Program-made: the position numbers and the translations under genes
In this document: positions 1 to 12,562 of the stretch, in pieces
Layout of the letters: each line of letters starts with the position of its first letter
How positions within the stretch are numbered: the stretch's first letter is position 1
Source: Octopus sinensis
Taxonomy: Eukaryota
Length of the DNA stretch: 64,000 nt
Reading direction: 5' to 3'
NCBI RefSeq assembly: GCF_006345805.1
Contig: NC_043008.1
Location: 8,928,001 to 8,992,000, forward strand
The notes under the pieces: generated by a model
The model's database searches: none
Seen by the model: the letters and a program-made list of their open reading frames with translations, nothing else
What the model was told of the DNA's origin: nothing

Positions 1-227
1 AAAAATTCGTTACAAGTATACACATAAAATATATATATATATAAAAGGGGAAATATATATAATAAAAAGATACAAAAACATGTGTCTAGAAGAAGGAGAA
101 GGAGGAGAAGAAGAAGAAATATAAATAAATATAAAAATAACAAAGACACATGACTAATAATGTTTGAGAACGGAGGGAAAAGGTGAGATAAGTCCACCAA
201 GAATACACACACACACATATGTATATA

Positions 228-289
<62 letters not shown>

Positions 290-1306
290 CGAAGCGCATG
301 TGTGTTTGTGTATGTATGTGTGTGCACGAGTATATTTGTGTTTGAGTGTGTATGTACCGTCTTGAATTCTAAAAAAACATTTTCCAATCATTTTCTTTGA
401 ACGAACCGAAGATTCTAATTTTGTTTTGGGTCATTGACACCGTCTCACACTTTTCCAAAATGGTCGAAAATAACATACGTCTCTTCTCAACAAAGTAGCT
501 TACATTTTCCTGAGTGAATCATTCATATTCTAGGTTACAATAAACATCGACTGTTAATAAGCTTGCACAAGGATGTTAATTTTTTAATAGATATTAACTA
601 TCTTCCACGAAGCTATTTTTCTTACAAAATCTATGACTTCACGTCTAACACATTACTTCTGAAATGAGAATAACAATTATCTTTTGATATGCATTCCGTC
701 TAGTATATAGGGAAATTCATGAGGTATTTTAAATGTTTACAGATAATTTTTATTCTGAAAATTGTTTGCGTAGTTTTATAAAGTGTGTGTCATGTCTAAA
801 CTTAGATATGTAGTGTTAAATATGAATATTGAGACTTGCCCAATAATCCAGAATTGGTATCTTCCATAACTATTTACACAAAACGTGTAGGAGAGGTGGC
901 GGAATTAATTGCCAATTATATTCATATAATATCTTTCAAACATTTCTGCCCAGAGCTTCTAATATTTTATTCGGTTTGGCTTTCTCTTCAAACTACATAT
1001 ACATACACACACACACATGTATATATATATATATGGAGACACAGAGAGAGACAGAGTGATAGAGAGAGACAAGCATATATATAGATATATAAGGACCTCT
1101 CAATCAATCACTCATAAAGGGGGTATATATATATGTACCCTCATAGCGTTTTCCCTGTCCTATTCATCCGTTGTTCCTTTTTCATTATATGTGTGCATCT
1201 CTATATATGTTTATATGTGTGTGTGTGTGAATGTGTGTATGTACATATTGATGTATATATGTATGTATACATGTCTATATTTTCTACATATATATTATAT
1301 ATATAT

Positions 1307-1357
<51 letters not shown>

Positions 1358-1449
1358 TATATATATATGTATCTATGCATATATATATACATATATATGT
1401 GTATGTATATATATATATAAGCAAAAATATATCTCTGAACAAAGTATAA

Positions 1450-1488
<39 letters not shown>

Positions 1489-1838
1489 TTTATATTTAAC
1501 TATATACATGTATGTATTATATAAGTATATATACATGCCTCTATGAACACTGAGAGTGGGGGCAAGGAAAAATAATTGGCAATTAAATTAATACAATGCC
1601 TTCGAAACATTTGTTCTCATCTCTGCTGCTATTTTAGCGGTTTAGGTGTCTCTTCAATTTTGATTTTGATGGTTTTAAAGGTTATTGTATTGATACCTGG
1701 AGTGACGACAGTATGTTTATGTGTATATACACATTTCTGTGTTTCTATAAATATATGTATATATTCATGTATGTATATACCTACCTACTTGTGTTAAGCA
1801 AGCATCTATGTATACATAGATGAAGGGGGCGTGTGTGA

Positions 1839-1893
<55 letters not shown>

Positions 1894-2097
1894 ACATATA
1901 TATACATTTGTACTTATATATATACGCACACACAGATATCTTCAACTACACATGCATATGAATATGTATATATATGTGTGTGTGTATTTGTGTTTGTGAG
2001 TTTGTGTTTGTTTGTGTGTGCGTATATGATTATATATACGTATATATATTATATATCTTAATATACAAGCATAAATATATGTACATATCTTTATTAG

Positions 2098-2159
2098 CTG
2101 TTCCTTCAATTGTGACACTTGCCGAATCTAGCGAATATCAGTATACAACTGGCCAGCAG
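2098..2159 (+). other. Candidate 62-nt coding exon of an unidentified host gene
   Basis: Acceptor tctttattag and donor cag|gtatgt flank an open frame (A)VPSIVTLAESSEYQYTTGQQ. It is a unique-sequence island among microsatellites. No protein family recognised and no partner exon confirmed. Confidence 0.3.
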
Positions 2160-2339
2160 GTATGTCTCTATTTCCTTCCTTATATATATATGATATAAAT
2201 ATTATATATATATAATATAAATATTATATATGTGCACATATATAATATATACACATATATACATATATGTATGCATGTAAGTATATCAAATTCTTCCTCC
2301 CCTTCTCCCCTCCTCCTCCTTCTTCTTCTTCCCTACCAA

Positions 2340-2580
2340 GAATTCATATAGACCTTGAACCCACAAGAGTAAACAAGAAAGACAGAGAAAGGCAGAAACA
2401 AGGAAAATGCCACTTATATTTGAACACTATACAAATATTCCTTTAAAAAAACTGTTCTTTAAATTTTCTAAATTTAATTATTTGATAGTTACTGTTGAAA
2501 AGGTCTCAAATGACCGAAACCGGTACTGAAATGTACTTTATAAAATTATTTTAGCAATTTCTATCTTAACTTCTTTTTTC
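2340..2580 (+). mobile_element. Probable Penelope-like element 3' end relic with hammerhead-like core
   Basis: CTGTTGA-aaa-GGTC-tcaaat-GACC-GAAA-CCGG-TA at 2492-2525, with intact helix II and palindromic helix III (ACCGGT). Helix I is not intact. The PLE assignment is inferred from this motif only. Confidence 0.35.
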
Positions 2581-2584
2581 ATTT

Positions 2585-2626
<42 letters not shown>

Positions 2627-2628
<2 letters not shown>

Positions 2629-2990
2629 GGGTGCGTAAGGTATCCGAGGATATATTTTTGGGGTTATTGCTGCATTTTTTGGTAACTGTGTATAATCTTT
2701 GCTTCAGAAAATAATAATGGCAGACCCTCAGCTTACTCAAGAAATGAAGAGGTATGCTTATTATTGTGGTTATAAAGGCTGAACATAGCGATTTAGAAAT
2801 ATCTTGATTTTTAAAAGTTGCCAGATCTTCCGTCTACAAAGTTTGTAAGAAGCTAGAGACTAAAGAATAAACGTATCGCCAGTATCAAAGCATAAAAGGT
2901 ATTCTAAACGCTCTGAAATCATCAGAACACCAGAATTAATCCAGCAAGTTCAACAGACAATTGTGAACGTATACCGAGAATTCGGTAAGG
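2627..2990 (+). mobile_element. 5' fragment of Tc1/mariner-superfamily (maT-like) DNA transposon, pseudogenised
   Basis: Begins CAGGGTGCG after a TA/CA tract. From ATG 2717, with 2 frameshifts and internal stops, it reads MADPQLTQEMKRYA/IIVVIKAEHSDLEIS*FLKVARSSVYKVCKKLETKE/NVSPVSKHKRYSKRSEIIRTPELIQQVQQTI, an HTH-type N-terminus. The R-S-x-x-x-R-T-P-E motif is shared with the 12.5-13.6 kb element. Confidence 0.75.
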
Positions 2991-3063
2991 AGAATAGTAA
3001 AAGTAATAAAAAAGAAGAAACACAAAGAAACCTAATCTATATTCTTGAGGAGAAATCTGTGTA

Positions 3064-3289
3064 TACTCTTTACTCTTTTACTTGTTTCAGTCATTTGACT
3101 GCGGCCATGCTGGAGCACCGCCTTTAGTCGAGCAAATCGACCCCAGGATTTATTCTTTGTAGGCCCAGTACTTATACTATCGGTCTCTTTTGCCGAACCG
3201 CTAAGTGACGGGGACATAAACACACCAGCATCGGTTGTCAAGCAATGCTAGGGGGCCAAACACAGACACACAAACACACACACACACAT

Positions 3290-3333
<44 letters not shown>

Positions 3334-3499
3334 GACAGGCTTCTTTCAGTTTCCGTCTACCAAATCCATTCAAAAGGCAATGGTCGGCCCGGGGCTATAG
3401 CAGAAGACACTTGCCCAAGATGCCACGCAGTGGGACTTAACTCGGAACCATGTGGCTGGTTAGCAAGCTACTTACCACAAAGCCACCCCTGCGCCTAGT
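3064..3499 (-). mobile_element. tRNA-derived SINE, family A (bipartite, internal (TA)n/(CA)n)
   Basis: tRNA-like head with A/B-box-like segments, a CORE-like motif (cttgggcaagtgtcttc), an internal microsatellite and the tail ggcggtgctccagcatggccgcagtcaaatgactgaaacaagtaaaag. Matches about 10 other copies in the window. Confidence 0.9.
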
Positions 3500-3589
3500 G
3501 CCACCCATGCGCCTAGTGCCACCCCTGCGCCTAGTGCCACCCCTGCGCCTAGTGCCACCCCTGCGCCTAGTGCCACCCCTGCGCCTAGA
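3482..3589. repeat. 18-bp minisatellite x6 (gccacccctgcgcctagt) built from the SINE A 5' terminus
   Basis: Six units counted directly. The unit is the reverse complement of the first 18 nt of the SINE A head. Confidence 0.95.
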
Positions 3590-4099
3590 TACACCCTGTG
3601 TATCGGATTCTTTCTAACTTACGTGGAGTATTACAATGCGAGACATGGTGCCAAGATGTGTCACAGATTTTGTTACAAACAGTTAAACTGAAGAATGTAT
3701 CTCTAATTGCAATGCTCTACGGAAATCCCAGAATCGTCTTTGTGAATGAATATATAAATTATGGTAGACCGATGTATTAGCCGTATACATATTTTAACGG
3801 AACGGTTGAAACGTGGTGTATTAAACGAATCACAGATCATCACAGATGACAGAAATATGCTTCATTTGACAGGAATCATGAGCTGGTATGTAGAGAGAGA
3901 AAAAAATCAGATCTAGGCAGTGTCAATTCACAGAAGATTGGGTTTCAAAAATTTTGTATTAGAGATAAAAACTTATGTTAACTTACATTTAATAAAAAAA
4001 AAATGAAAATTGTTAGTTGATGCATCATTTTCTTATGTGAAAATTTTTACTTTTAAAATCTTTTCGTCTCTTATCTCTCTCTCACATACACATAGTCTT

Positions 4100-4143
<44 letters not shown>

Positions 4144-4199
4144 TATCTCTTTCTTTCTCTTTCTATTTCTCTCTCACTATTTCTCTCTCTTTGCCTGCA

Positions 4200-4388
4200 C
4201 ATATACATATATACATACAAATACACACAGATAGATAGATAGATAGATAGATAGATAGGTAGGTAGGTAGGTAGGTAGGTAGGTAGGTAGTTAGAGATGT
4301 GGGCACGAATGGAGGGAGGTTGGTATGGAGATAGATGGATAGATAGAGAGACAGACAGGCAGGTAAGCGAGCAGAGAGACAGACAGAC

Positions 4389-4465
<77 letters not shown>

Positions 4466-4490
4466 TATAGATAGATAGATAGATAGATCT
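4200..4490. repeat. Compound (AGAT)n/(AGGT)n/(AGAC)n microsatellite
   Basis: Direct inspection. Confidence 0.95.
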
Positions 4491-5080
4491 TTGTACGCAC
4501 TTATGTAGGTTTTAGTAATTGCAACAAATCAGGTATATTGAAATAAATTAATAGGTATTTTTCTTTTTTCTTGTCTTCTAGTTTTATGAAATTTTAATAT
4601 GCTTTATCAAAAGCGTAGAAAAGTGAATGTCTTGACAATTATAACTGCAAAAAGAAGAGAAATTATTTCCTGATGTGTCAGAATACCTGAATGCATCTTT
4701 AAAAATATAGACATTTTGCGTTGAAACATTGGCAAATCATATTATTTTTTCGTAAAAATAACTTACTTCAAAGATAAGAAGTTATTATGGGAATGCCATG
4801 TACATTAAGCACGTCTTCCATATTACAATATAAGGACAGAATTTCAAGTAACGTAATTAAAGTAGACAGAGAAAGGGAATCAGAAATAACATCAAGAAAT
4901 TTAAAACATAAATTGGAAAGTGATTGAAATCTAAACATTTTGGAGGTGACAAAATTTTAATTCAACTTAAAAATGTATTTGGATTACTAATAGTATTTAA
5001 CCCCCATTGCGTAAAAATGCATGCAAGAAAAAAATCCTTTGTATAATTCCGAATGATTTTTTCCCAACCTGTATAGACTG

Positions 5081-5343
5081 TGGAGGTACATGGCCTAGTG
5101 GTTAGAGTAGCGGACTCGTGGTCGAGGGATCGTGGGTTCGTATCTCAGACCGGGTAGTGTGTGTGTTTATCAGCGAAACACCTAAGATCCACGCGGCTCC
5201 AGCAGAAGGTAATGGGGAACATCTGCTGAGTCTTTCGCCACGACTTTCTTCCTGCATCATGCAGCTCACCTGCGACGGACCGGCGACCTGTCCATGTGGG
5301 GAACCTATGCGCCAATGAAAGCGGGAAACCGGTCCCTATGAGC
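5081..5343 (+). mobile_element. tRNA-derived SINE, family C head with V-domain-like body
   Basis: Head tggcctagtggttagagtagcggactc...gggttcgtatctc. Body tgcgacggaccggcgacctgtcca resembles the V-SINE central motif. Confidence 0.75.
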
Positions 5344-5376
5344 AAACGACGTAAACCTTTATAGACTACAATGAAA

Positions 5377-5463
5377 TTAAGCGTTTCGCTCATAAACACA
5401 CACATCACCTGGACTGAAATTCGAACCCGCGATCTCTCGACCACGAGTCCGCTGCTTCCACTA
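5377..5463 (-). mobile_element. Inverted SINE C head fragment
   Basis: The reverse complement aligns to 5096-5185 at roughly 80% identity by eye. Confidence 0.85.
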
Positions 5464-5939
5464 ATGTGTAATATGTAATGCGGGAATATATACTTCATAT
5501 CTGTAGTGTTTGTTTCTCTCGCCTACAAGGTTAAGACTGAAGAATATTGCAAGTTCACTATTGATACAAACGAACGCACCCAGAGGCGAACAGCTTCTCA
5601 AAAACATTCTGACACTAGAAACAATCGAATGTTTTTACAGATGACGAGTACATTATACGAGATGTTGCTTGAAGCGAGCACGTCCCGTTTTTTCTTAATT
5701 TACAGAAATCGTACTAAAAACTTAAGTCGGTAAGAGAAAGTGGCTGACTACGATTTCATTGTCAGTGTACATTTCACTGTTAATCGACTCCCTCATTGAG
5801 GCTATATTTCCTGTTTCCTTCTATCTGCATTGCGACATGTCTGTCTCTCTATATATATATGTCTATTAAACTCCCCTTAACTATGTGAGTACGGGAACCT
5901 CAATATCTCTATGGCAGGCCTAATAAACAGACGGACGGA

Positions 5940-5944
5940 CAATC

Positions 5945-6004
<60 letters not shown>

Positions 6005-6082
6005 TATGATGGATGGATGGATGGATGGATAGATGGATGGATGGATGGATGGATGGATGGATAGATAGATAGATAGATAGAT

Positions 6083-6117
<35 letters not shown>

Positions 6118-6250
6118 TAGATAGATAGATTGATTGATTGATAGGCAGATAGACAGATATATAGAGAGAAGGAGAGAGAGACAGGCAGACAGAGACTGAC
6201 AGAGGCAGACAGAGACTGACAGAGGCAGACAGAGACTGACAGACAGACAG
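5940..6250. repeat. Compound (GATA)n/(GGAT)n/(TA)n tract plus a 20-bp gacagagactgacagaggca repeat
   Basis: Direct inspection. Confidence 0.9.
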
Positions 6251-7353
6251 AGATTAAAGAATATGAATGATGTTTTGTTTTTTTTTTCTCAGAGCTACAA
6301 TTACTTTAATTAAACGATATTTTGTATAAGGTATGTACCCGTTAGTGTCGTTGCTTTATTCTGTTAACTTGCGCAAGCCAGATTTAAATTCTTGAAAATT
6401 GATCGCTTTAGAAAAATGGTAACTACCGTTACTTTCAGGATCAGCGGGTATTTCAGAGCCCACAAAAAGTCAAAACTTCTACTTATATAGCCGCTCAATT
6501 GCATCTAACCCATATCAAGCACTGCTCTCATACGGGTGGTTTTGCAGGTAGTACGCATAATAACACCCTAGATTGTATCCAAAGAATACCAACCGATTGA
6601 CTATCATGATATCGTTCACCAACACTTCTCAATCATTATCTCTTCAGCTGTGCTACATCTATTTCACTTGATCTCTGCTACCGTCACTTCATTTGCTTCT
6701 CTACTGCAGAAATATCCCTCTCGTACCACCTCTTTTTAAGCCCACCCAACTTATCAGTCTCTTTTCCTACCAGCAGTCATACTGTGTCGCTGCCAGGATT
6801 CGAACTAGCCACTTCTTTCAATTTTTTCTTTCGCCAAAGCATCAGATCTCCGCATTTCTCTCCAGCAACAGAAAAATAAGGATAGCTCTGTCGAGTCTTT
6901 CAGCAAAATTGACATGAACATAAAACATTTCTAACGTGTGCGATTTTCTATTGAGTTGTGGATTCTTACACATTTTAACATTATCTACAGTAAGGAAAAT
7001 ATCATTATTTACAATCAACCCCGATTCTGAAGATGAGAAACAGGATGGGGACGATATGAAAACCCATTTTACGGAATACCGGCTTTATATATTTTCGAAT
7101 GGATAGATAGATAGATAGATACTAGACATATTATATATATATATATTATATATATATATACATATATATATGTATATATATATACTTATATATATATGTA
7201 TATATATATATATATATAGATAGATAGATAGATAGATAGATACTAGACATATTATAATATTTTATATATATATATATATATATACATATATATATGTATA
7301 TATATAATATATATATATATATAGAGAGAGAGAGGGAGAGAGAGAGAGAGAGC

Positions 7354-7420
<67 letters not shown>

Positions 7421-8157
7421 GGACAGATAAATGAACGCATGAAAGGAGAAAAGGACGGACGGTTGGATGGATGGACGGATTGATGGATGGATTATTTCAT
7501 GATTGTTTGAATATAAGAAAGTAATATCGATGGTTAATCTTTCGGAAGCTATTGCGAAATATTTTCATTGAATCTAAGCGTTGTCAAACATTAATAATAG
7601 TAAAACAGAAAATGGAAAAGAAATCCAGCAATTTTTATGGCAGTCAGGAAAGGAATCATCCTTCTGATATTTTATTCAGAAATGGATTCAAATTATTTCT
7701 AATGTTATTTCCCAACGTTTTACCGCTCAGATCTAACAAGATATTGCCATAACGTTTACATCAGATAGGCTTCTCTTAATGTGTATTATGTTTTAATGGA
7801 AATTATGATATGAACTCCATTGAAATATATCAGTGAAACAAAATACAAATTACTGTCTCTCCCTATGCATGTATATATATCTATATCTATATACACACAC
7901 ATATATATATATATATATATACCTATATATGCATATCTATATCTATATATATATATACATATATATATATACATATATATATATATACATATATATATTA
8001 TATATATATATATATGTACATATGTATATATATATATATACATATGTACAATATATATACATATATATATATTATATATATATATATATATATGTACATA
8101 TGTATATATATAATACATATATATATATGTATATACATGTATATATATATATATATA

Positions 8158-9183
8158 TGAATGGATGAATGAATGTACGTATGTATACTGCTTGTATATG
8201 TATGTATGCCTGTATGCGTTGTGTGTGTGCGTGTTTGTGTGTGTGTGTGTGTGTGTCTGTGCGTGCATGCGTGCATAACATTAAGGCTGAATTCTATATG
8301 TATAAGTGTAATGCCAATCACATTCCACACACTGATAAATTTGGGATCAATTATATACGTCGAATCAATGCATGCCAGTTTGGAAAGTAAAACAAAATTC
8401 TATAAAATACTGCGAAACTCTCCAAAGCTCTTTAAAAAGTCAACGATATTTAACAAGCCTTGAAAGCCAGAATAAACTACTGAGATGGCAGAGATATCGT
8501 CAGTTCCAATCTCTTGATATTTATCAACGACGTACATTTTCTACTCAGTGTTGTTATAACAGTAATTGTCGCACCATATTTTTCTGTTTGTTAGTATCTT
8601 TGTTTTTTTATCTGGAATATTTAGAAGGATTTGTTTAGTGGAGATTCGGTATAATCCTTTAAAGGAGGATTTTATGTTATGCACACGAAGATTTACAGTA
8701 GAAATACAATAGTATTGTTCATTACTCGCTATCCTCAAACGTTGCTAATGTTGCAGGTGGTCGAAGGTAGAAAAGCTGTTATCGAGATGTAAGTAGATGC
8801 TCCTTGTTTGTGAAGCAGTCTTATTATAAGTATATACACAATATACATAAGATAGCAATATAACTTCCAGCAACTCAGATTTTAAACGATACGAATTCAA
8901 GCATAAGATATGCGAAGAGCAGGAGAACAAAGCAGCTGTTTTCAAGGAGAAACTCTTTAATATGTCATAGGTTGTTAACCAGATTACGACAGTTTATATG
9001 TTTGTGTATATGTCTTTATATATAATATATTATATATATATATAAATGAAAGAATGGAGTCGAACGAAGATGTTAACAAAATTCCTTTACTCTCGACATA
9101 TGTTTCTGACGTGAATTTGCTACCCAGGTTTCGGTTAAACGAATTTTCCATGCTGACGATAAACATAGGATAATTCATTCACC

Positions 9184-9226
<43 letters not shown>

Positions 9227-10320
9227 GTATATGTATATATATATATATTATATATATATATATACATATATATATTATATATATATATGAATGGATGAAT
9301 GAATGTACGTATGTATACTGCTTGTATATGTATGTATGCCTGTATGCGTTGTGTGTGTGCGTGTTTGTGTGTGTGTGTGTGTGTGTGTCTGTGCGTGCAT
9401 GCGTGCATAACATTAAGGCTGAATTCTATATGTATAAGTGTAATGCCAATCACATTCCACACACTGATAAATTTGGGATCAATTATATACGTCGAATCAA
9501 TGCATGCCAGTTTGGAAAAGTAAAACAAAATTCTATAAAATACTGCGAAACTCTCCAAAGCTCTTTAAAAAGTCAAACGATATTTAACAAGCCTTGAAAG
9601 CCAGAATAACTACTTGAGATGGCAGAGATATCGTCAGTTCCAATCTCTTGATATTTATCAACGACGTACATTTTCTACTCAGTGTTGTTATAACAGTAAT
9701 TGTCGCACCATATTTTCTGTTTGTTAGTATCTTTGTTTTTTTATCTGGAATTATTTAGAAGGATTTGTTTAGTGGAGATTCGGTATAATCCTTTAAAGGA
9801 GGATTTTATGTTATGCAACACGAAGATTTACAGTAGAAATACAATAGTATTGTTCATTACTCGCTATCCTCAAACGTTGCTAATGTTGCAGGTGGTCGAA
9901 GGTAGATAAAGCTGTTATCGAGATGTAAGTAGATGCTCCTTGTTTGTGAAGCAGTCTTATTATAAGTATATACACAATATACATAAGATAGCAATATAAC
10001 TTCCAGCAACTCAGATTTTAAACGATACGAATTCAAGCATAAGATATGCGAAGAGCAGGAGAACAAAGCAGCTGTTTTCAAGGAGAAACTCTTTAATATG
10101 TCATAGGTTGTTAACCAGATTACGACAGTTTATATGTTTGTGTATATGTCTTTATATATAATATATTATATAATATATATAAATGAAAGAATGGAGTCGA
10201 ACGAAGATGTTAACAAAATTCCTTTACTCTCGACATATGTTTCTGACGTGAATTTGCTACCCAGGTTTCGGTTAAACGAATTTTCCATGCTGACGATAAA
10301 CATAGGATAATTCATTCACC

Positions 10321-10365
<45 letters not shown>

Positions 10366-10385
10366 GTATATGTATATATATATAC
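8158..10385. repeat. Tandem duplication, 2 units of about 1130 bp, bounded by (TA)n
   Basis: atggatgaatgaatgtacg recurs at 8161 and 9291. The differences I found between units are single-base indels and microsatellite length. Confidence 0.95.
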
Positions 10386-10732
10386 AGTGAAGAATACAGA
10401 GTGCATTCAAACACATAAGAGATAACCAAAAAATAGGATATCTGACTCACTAGAAAGAGCAGTTACACTCCAAGCCACGAATTGTTGTAGTTCGGAAAGT
10501 GAAGGAAAAATAAAAACCTTTACCTTATTGTCCTAGACCATGCATAGTTTCTGCAGACTTAAATATAGATTGAAATAAAATAATTCCAATCTCTATCTGG
10601 GGCTGCTTCTTCAGTAGGATGCCAGGGATCGAATACATAGATAAGTAACCCGCCATGTGTCTATATGTTATAATTTTTCGAATCCACCGAGCAAAGGCAT
10701 ACGTGTGCGTGTGTGTGCGTATGTATGTGTGT

Positions 10733-10935
10733 GACCCTCTGTGTTTGTCCATCACCAAAGGTTGAGAACCGGTGTTGGTGTGTTTACGTCCTCGTAAACA
10801 TAGCGGTTCGACAAAAGGGAGCCATGGAATAAGTACCAGGTTTTTAAACGCCTGAATACTGGGGTCGATTCATTCGATTAAACTTCTTGAAGGCGACGCC
10901 CCAGCATGGTCGCAGTCTAATGATTAAAGGAATTA
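10733..10935 (+). mobile_element. Diverged SINE A-related 3' half
   Basis: ggtgtgtttacgtcctcg...tagcggttcgacaaaa...ggggtcgatt...ggcgacgccccagcatggtcgcagtc aligns to the SINE A 3' half. Confidence 0.75.
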
Positions 10936-11103
10936 ATAGATAAAAGCAATATATATGTGCGTGCGGGCGCGTGTGTGTGTATGTGTGTTAACAATGTACA
11001 GCATATGTCAGAAGGATACACACGAGTTTCAAGCCGGTATCTTTCCCTCAGTTGGAGCCATCCTCCTACCTCTTACTCTATTTTGATAAAGGCTTCACCC
11101 AAA

Positions 11104-11524
11104 CTCTCTTTACTCTCTTTACTCTTTTTCTTGTTTCAGTCATTTGACTGCGGCCATGCTGGAGCACCGCTTTTAGTCGAGCAAATCGACCCCAGGACTT
11201 ATTCTTTGTAAGCCTAGTACTTATTCTATCGGTCTGTTTTGCCGAACCGCTAGGTTACGGGGATGTAAACACACCAGCATCGGTTGTCAAGCGATGTGGG
11301 GGGGGGGTGATAAACACAGGCACACAAACATATACACACACACATACATATATATATGTACATATATACGATGGGCTTCTTTCAGTTTCCGTCTCCTAAA
11401 TCTACTCACAAGGCTTTGATAGGCCCGAGGCTATACTAGAAGACACATGCCCAAGGTGCCACGCAGTGGGACTGAACCCGGAACCATGTGGTTCGTAAGT
11501 AAGCTACTTACCACACAGCCACTC
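11104..11524 (-). mobile_element. SINE family A, near full length
   Basis: Same head, internal microsatellite and tail as the other A copies. Confidence 0.9.
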
Positions 11525-11649
11525 TTTTTTTCCTTTATTGGTTTCTCTTGTCTTTATTTTTTGTCCATAAATTTTCGAATATTTGTCTAGCTATTGTAAC
11601 CTTTCATATCTCAGTCCGCTCGATTCAGTTATGCTATTTCACTATTTCA

Positions 11650-11701
<52 letters not shown>

Positions 11702-11924
11702 TACATACATATATGCTTGCATTCATATAGATATTAAATTAGAGATAAAACCACTATTAGGCAAATCAAACAGTGAAAATCATAAGCCAATACATAGAAA
11801 TAAAATTAATTAAAAAATATAAAAAATATAAAATATAAAATATAAAAATCCAATTAAAATATTTAAATTAAATTTAAAATTTAAAAAATTATTTAAATTG
11901 ATAAATTAAACTTATAAAATTTAA

Positions 11925-11956
<32 letters not shown>

Positions 11957-12334
11957 ATATAATTTATTATTTTATTTATTTATTTATTTATTTATATATA
12001 TATATAATTGAGATTCTGTTGAATTAGGTACTAAAGTGGAAGTAGCAAGACAGTGTGGTATTATCCGCAGAGCTCGAAGTAAGGTGAATAAAATCAAAGT
12101 AAGCAACAGGATATCATGAGCTGTCAACTCACTATTGTCCTTTATTCAAAATAGACACAGTCTTCTAGTTTTAGATTCAGTAGTTGATAAAGAGATAATA
12201 GAATTAGAAATGAATTACAGCTCCTTAAAACATGGTCCCACCAGGCTCCATGCCATTCTTGAAAGCGTTGTCTTCTTAGCTACAACAGCGACATCATGAA
12301 TTTCTTCCATCGTCTTGCTCTGTTAAAATATTTG

Positions 12335-12560
12335 AGAAAAATTATATTAATGTGTCCTACTAGTTAGAATGAAATTTTGATTATATATATATATATAAAA
12401 TCAAAATAAACAACAAGATATCAAGTAGGAATAAGTACGACCGTTTCAGGCGGCTCCATTTAATTGAACAATGCGATCATTTTCAATGCAGTGCATTCTT
12501 CAGCTGCACAAATGAACAAAAAGGATTTTAGCTAGTAGGACACATTAATATATTTTTTCT
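12335..12560. repeat. 32-bp inverted repeat pair enclosing about 160 bp
   Basis: 12335-12366 and 12529-12560 match at 30/32 as reverse complements. The pair abuts the broken 3' end of the maT transposase. Confidence 0.8.
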
Positions 12561-12562
12561 GG

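Noticed and set aside
6420-6920. Possible decayed LINE endonuclease region
   Set aside because: I could not recover diagnostic motifs in any frame.
12455-12515. Minus-strand ctgaaga-atgcactgcatt-gaaa as a hammerhead
   Set aside because: The core is present, but helix II needs a bulge and helices I and III do not close.
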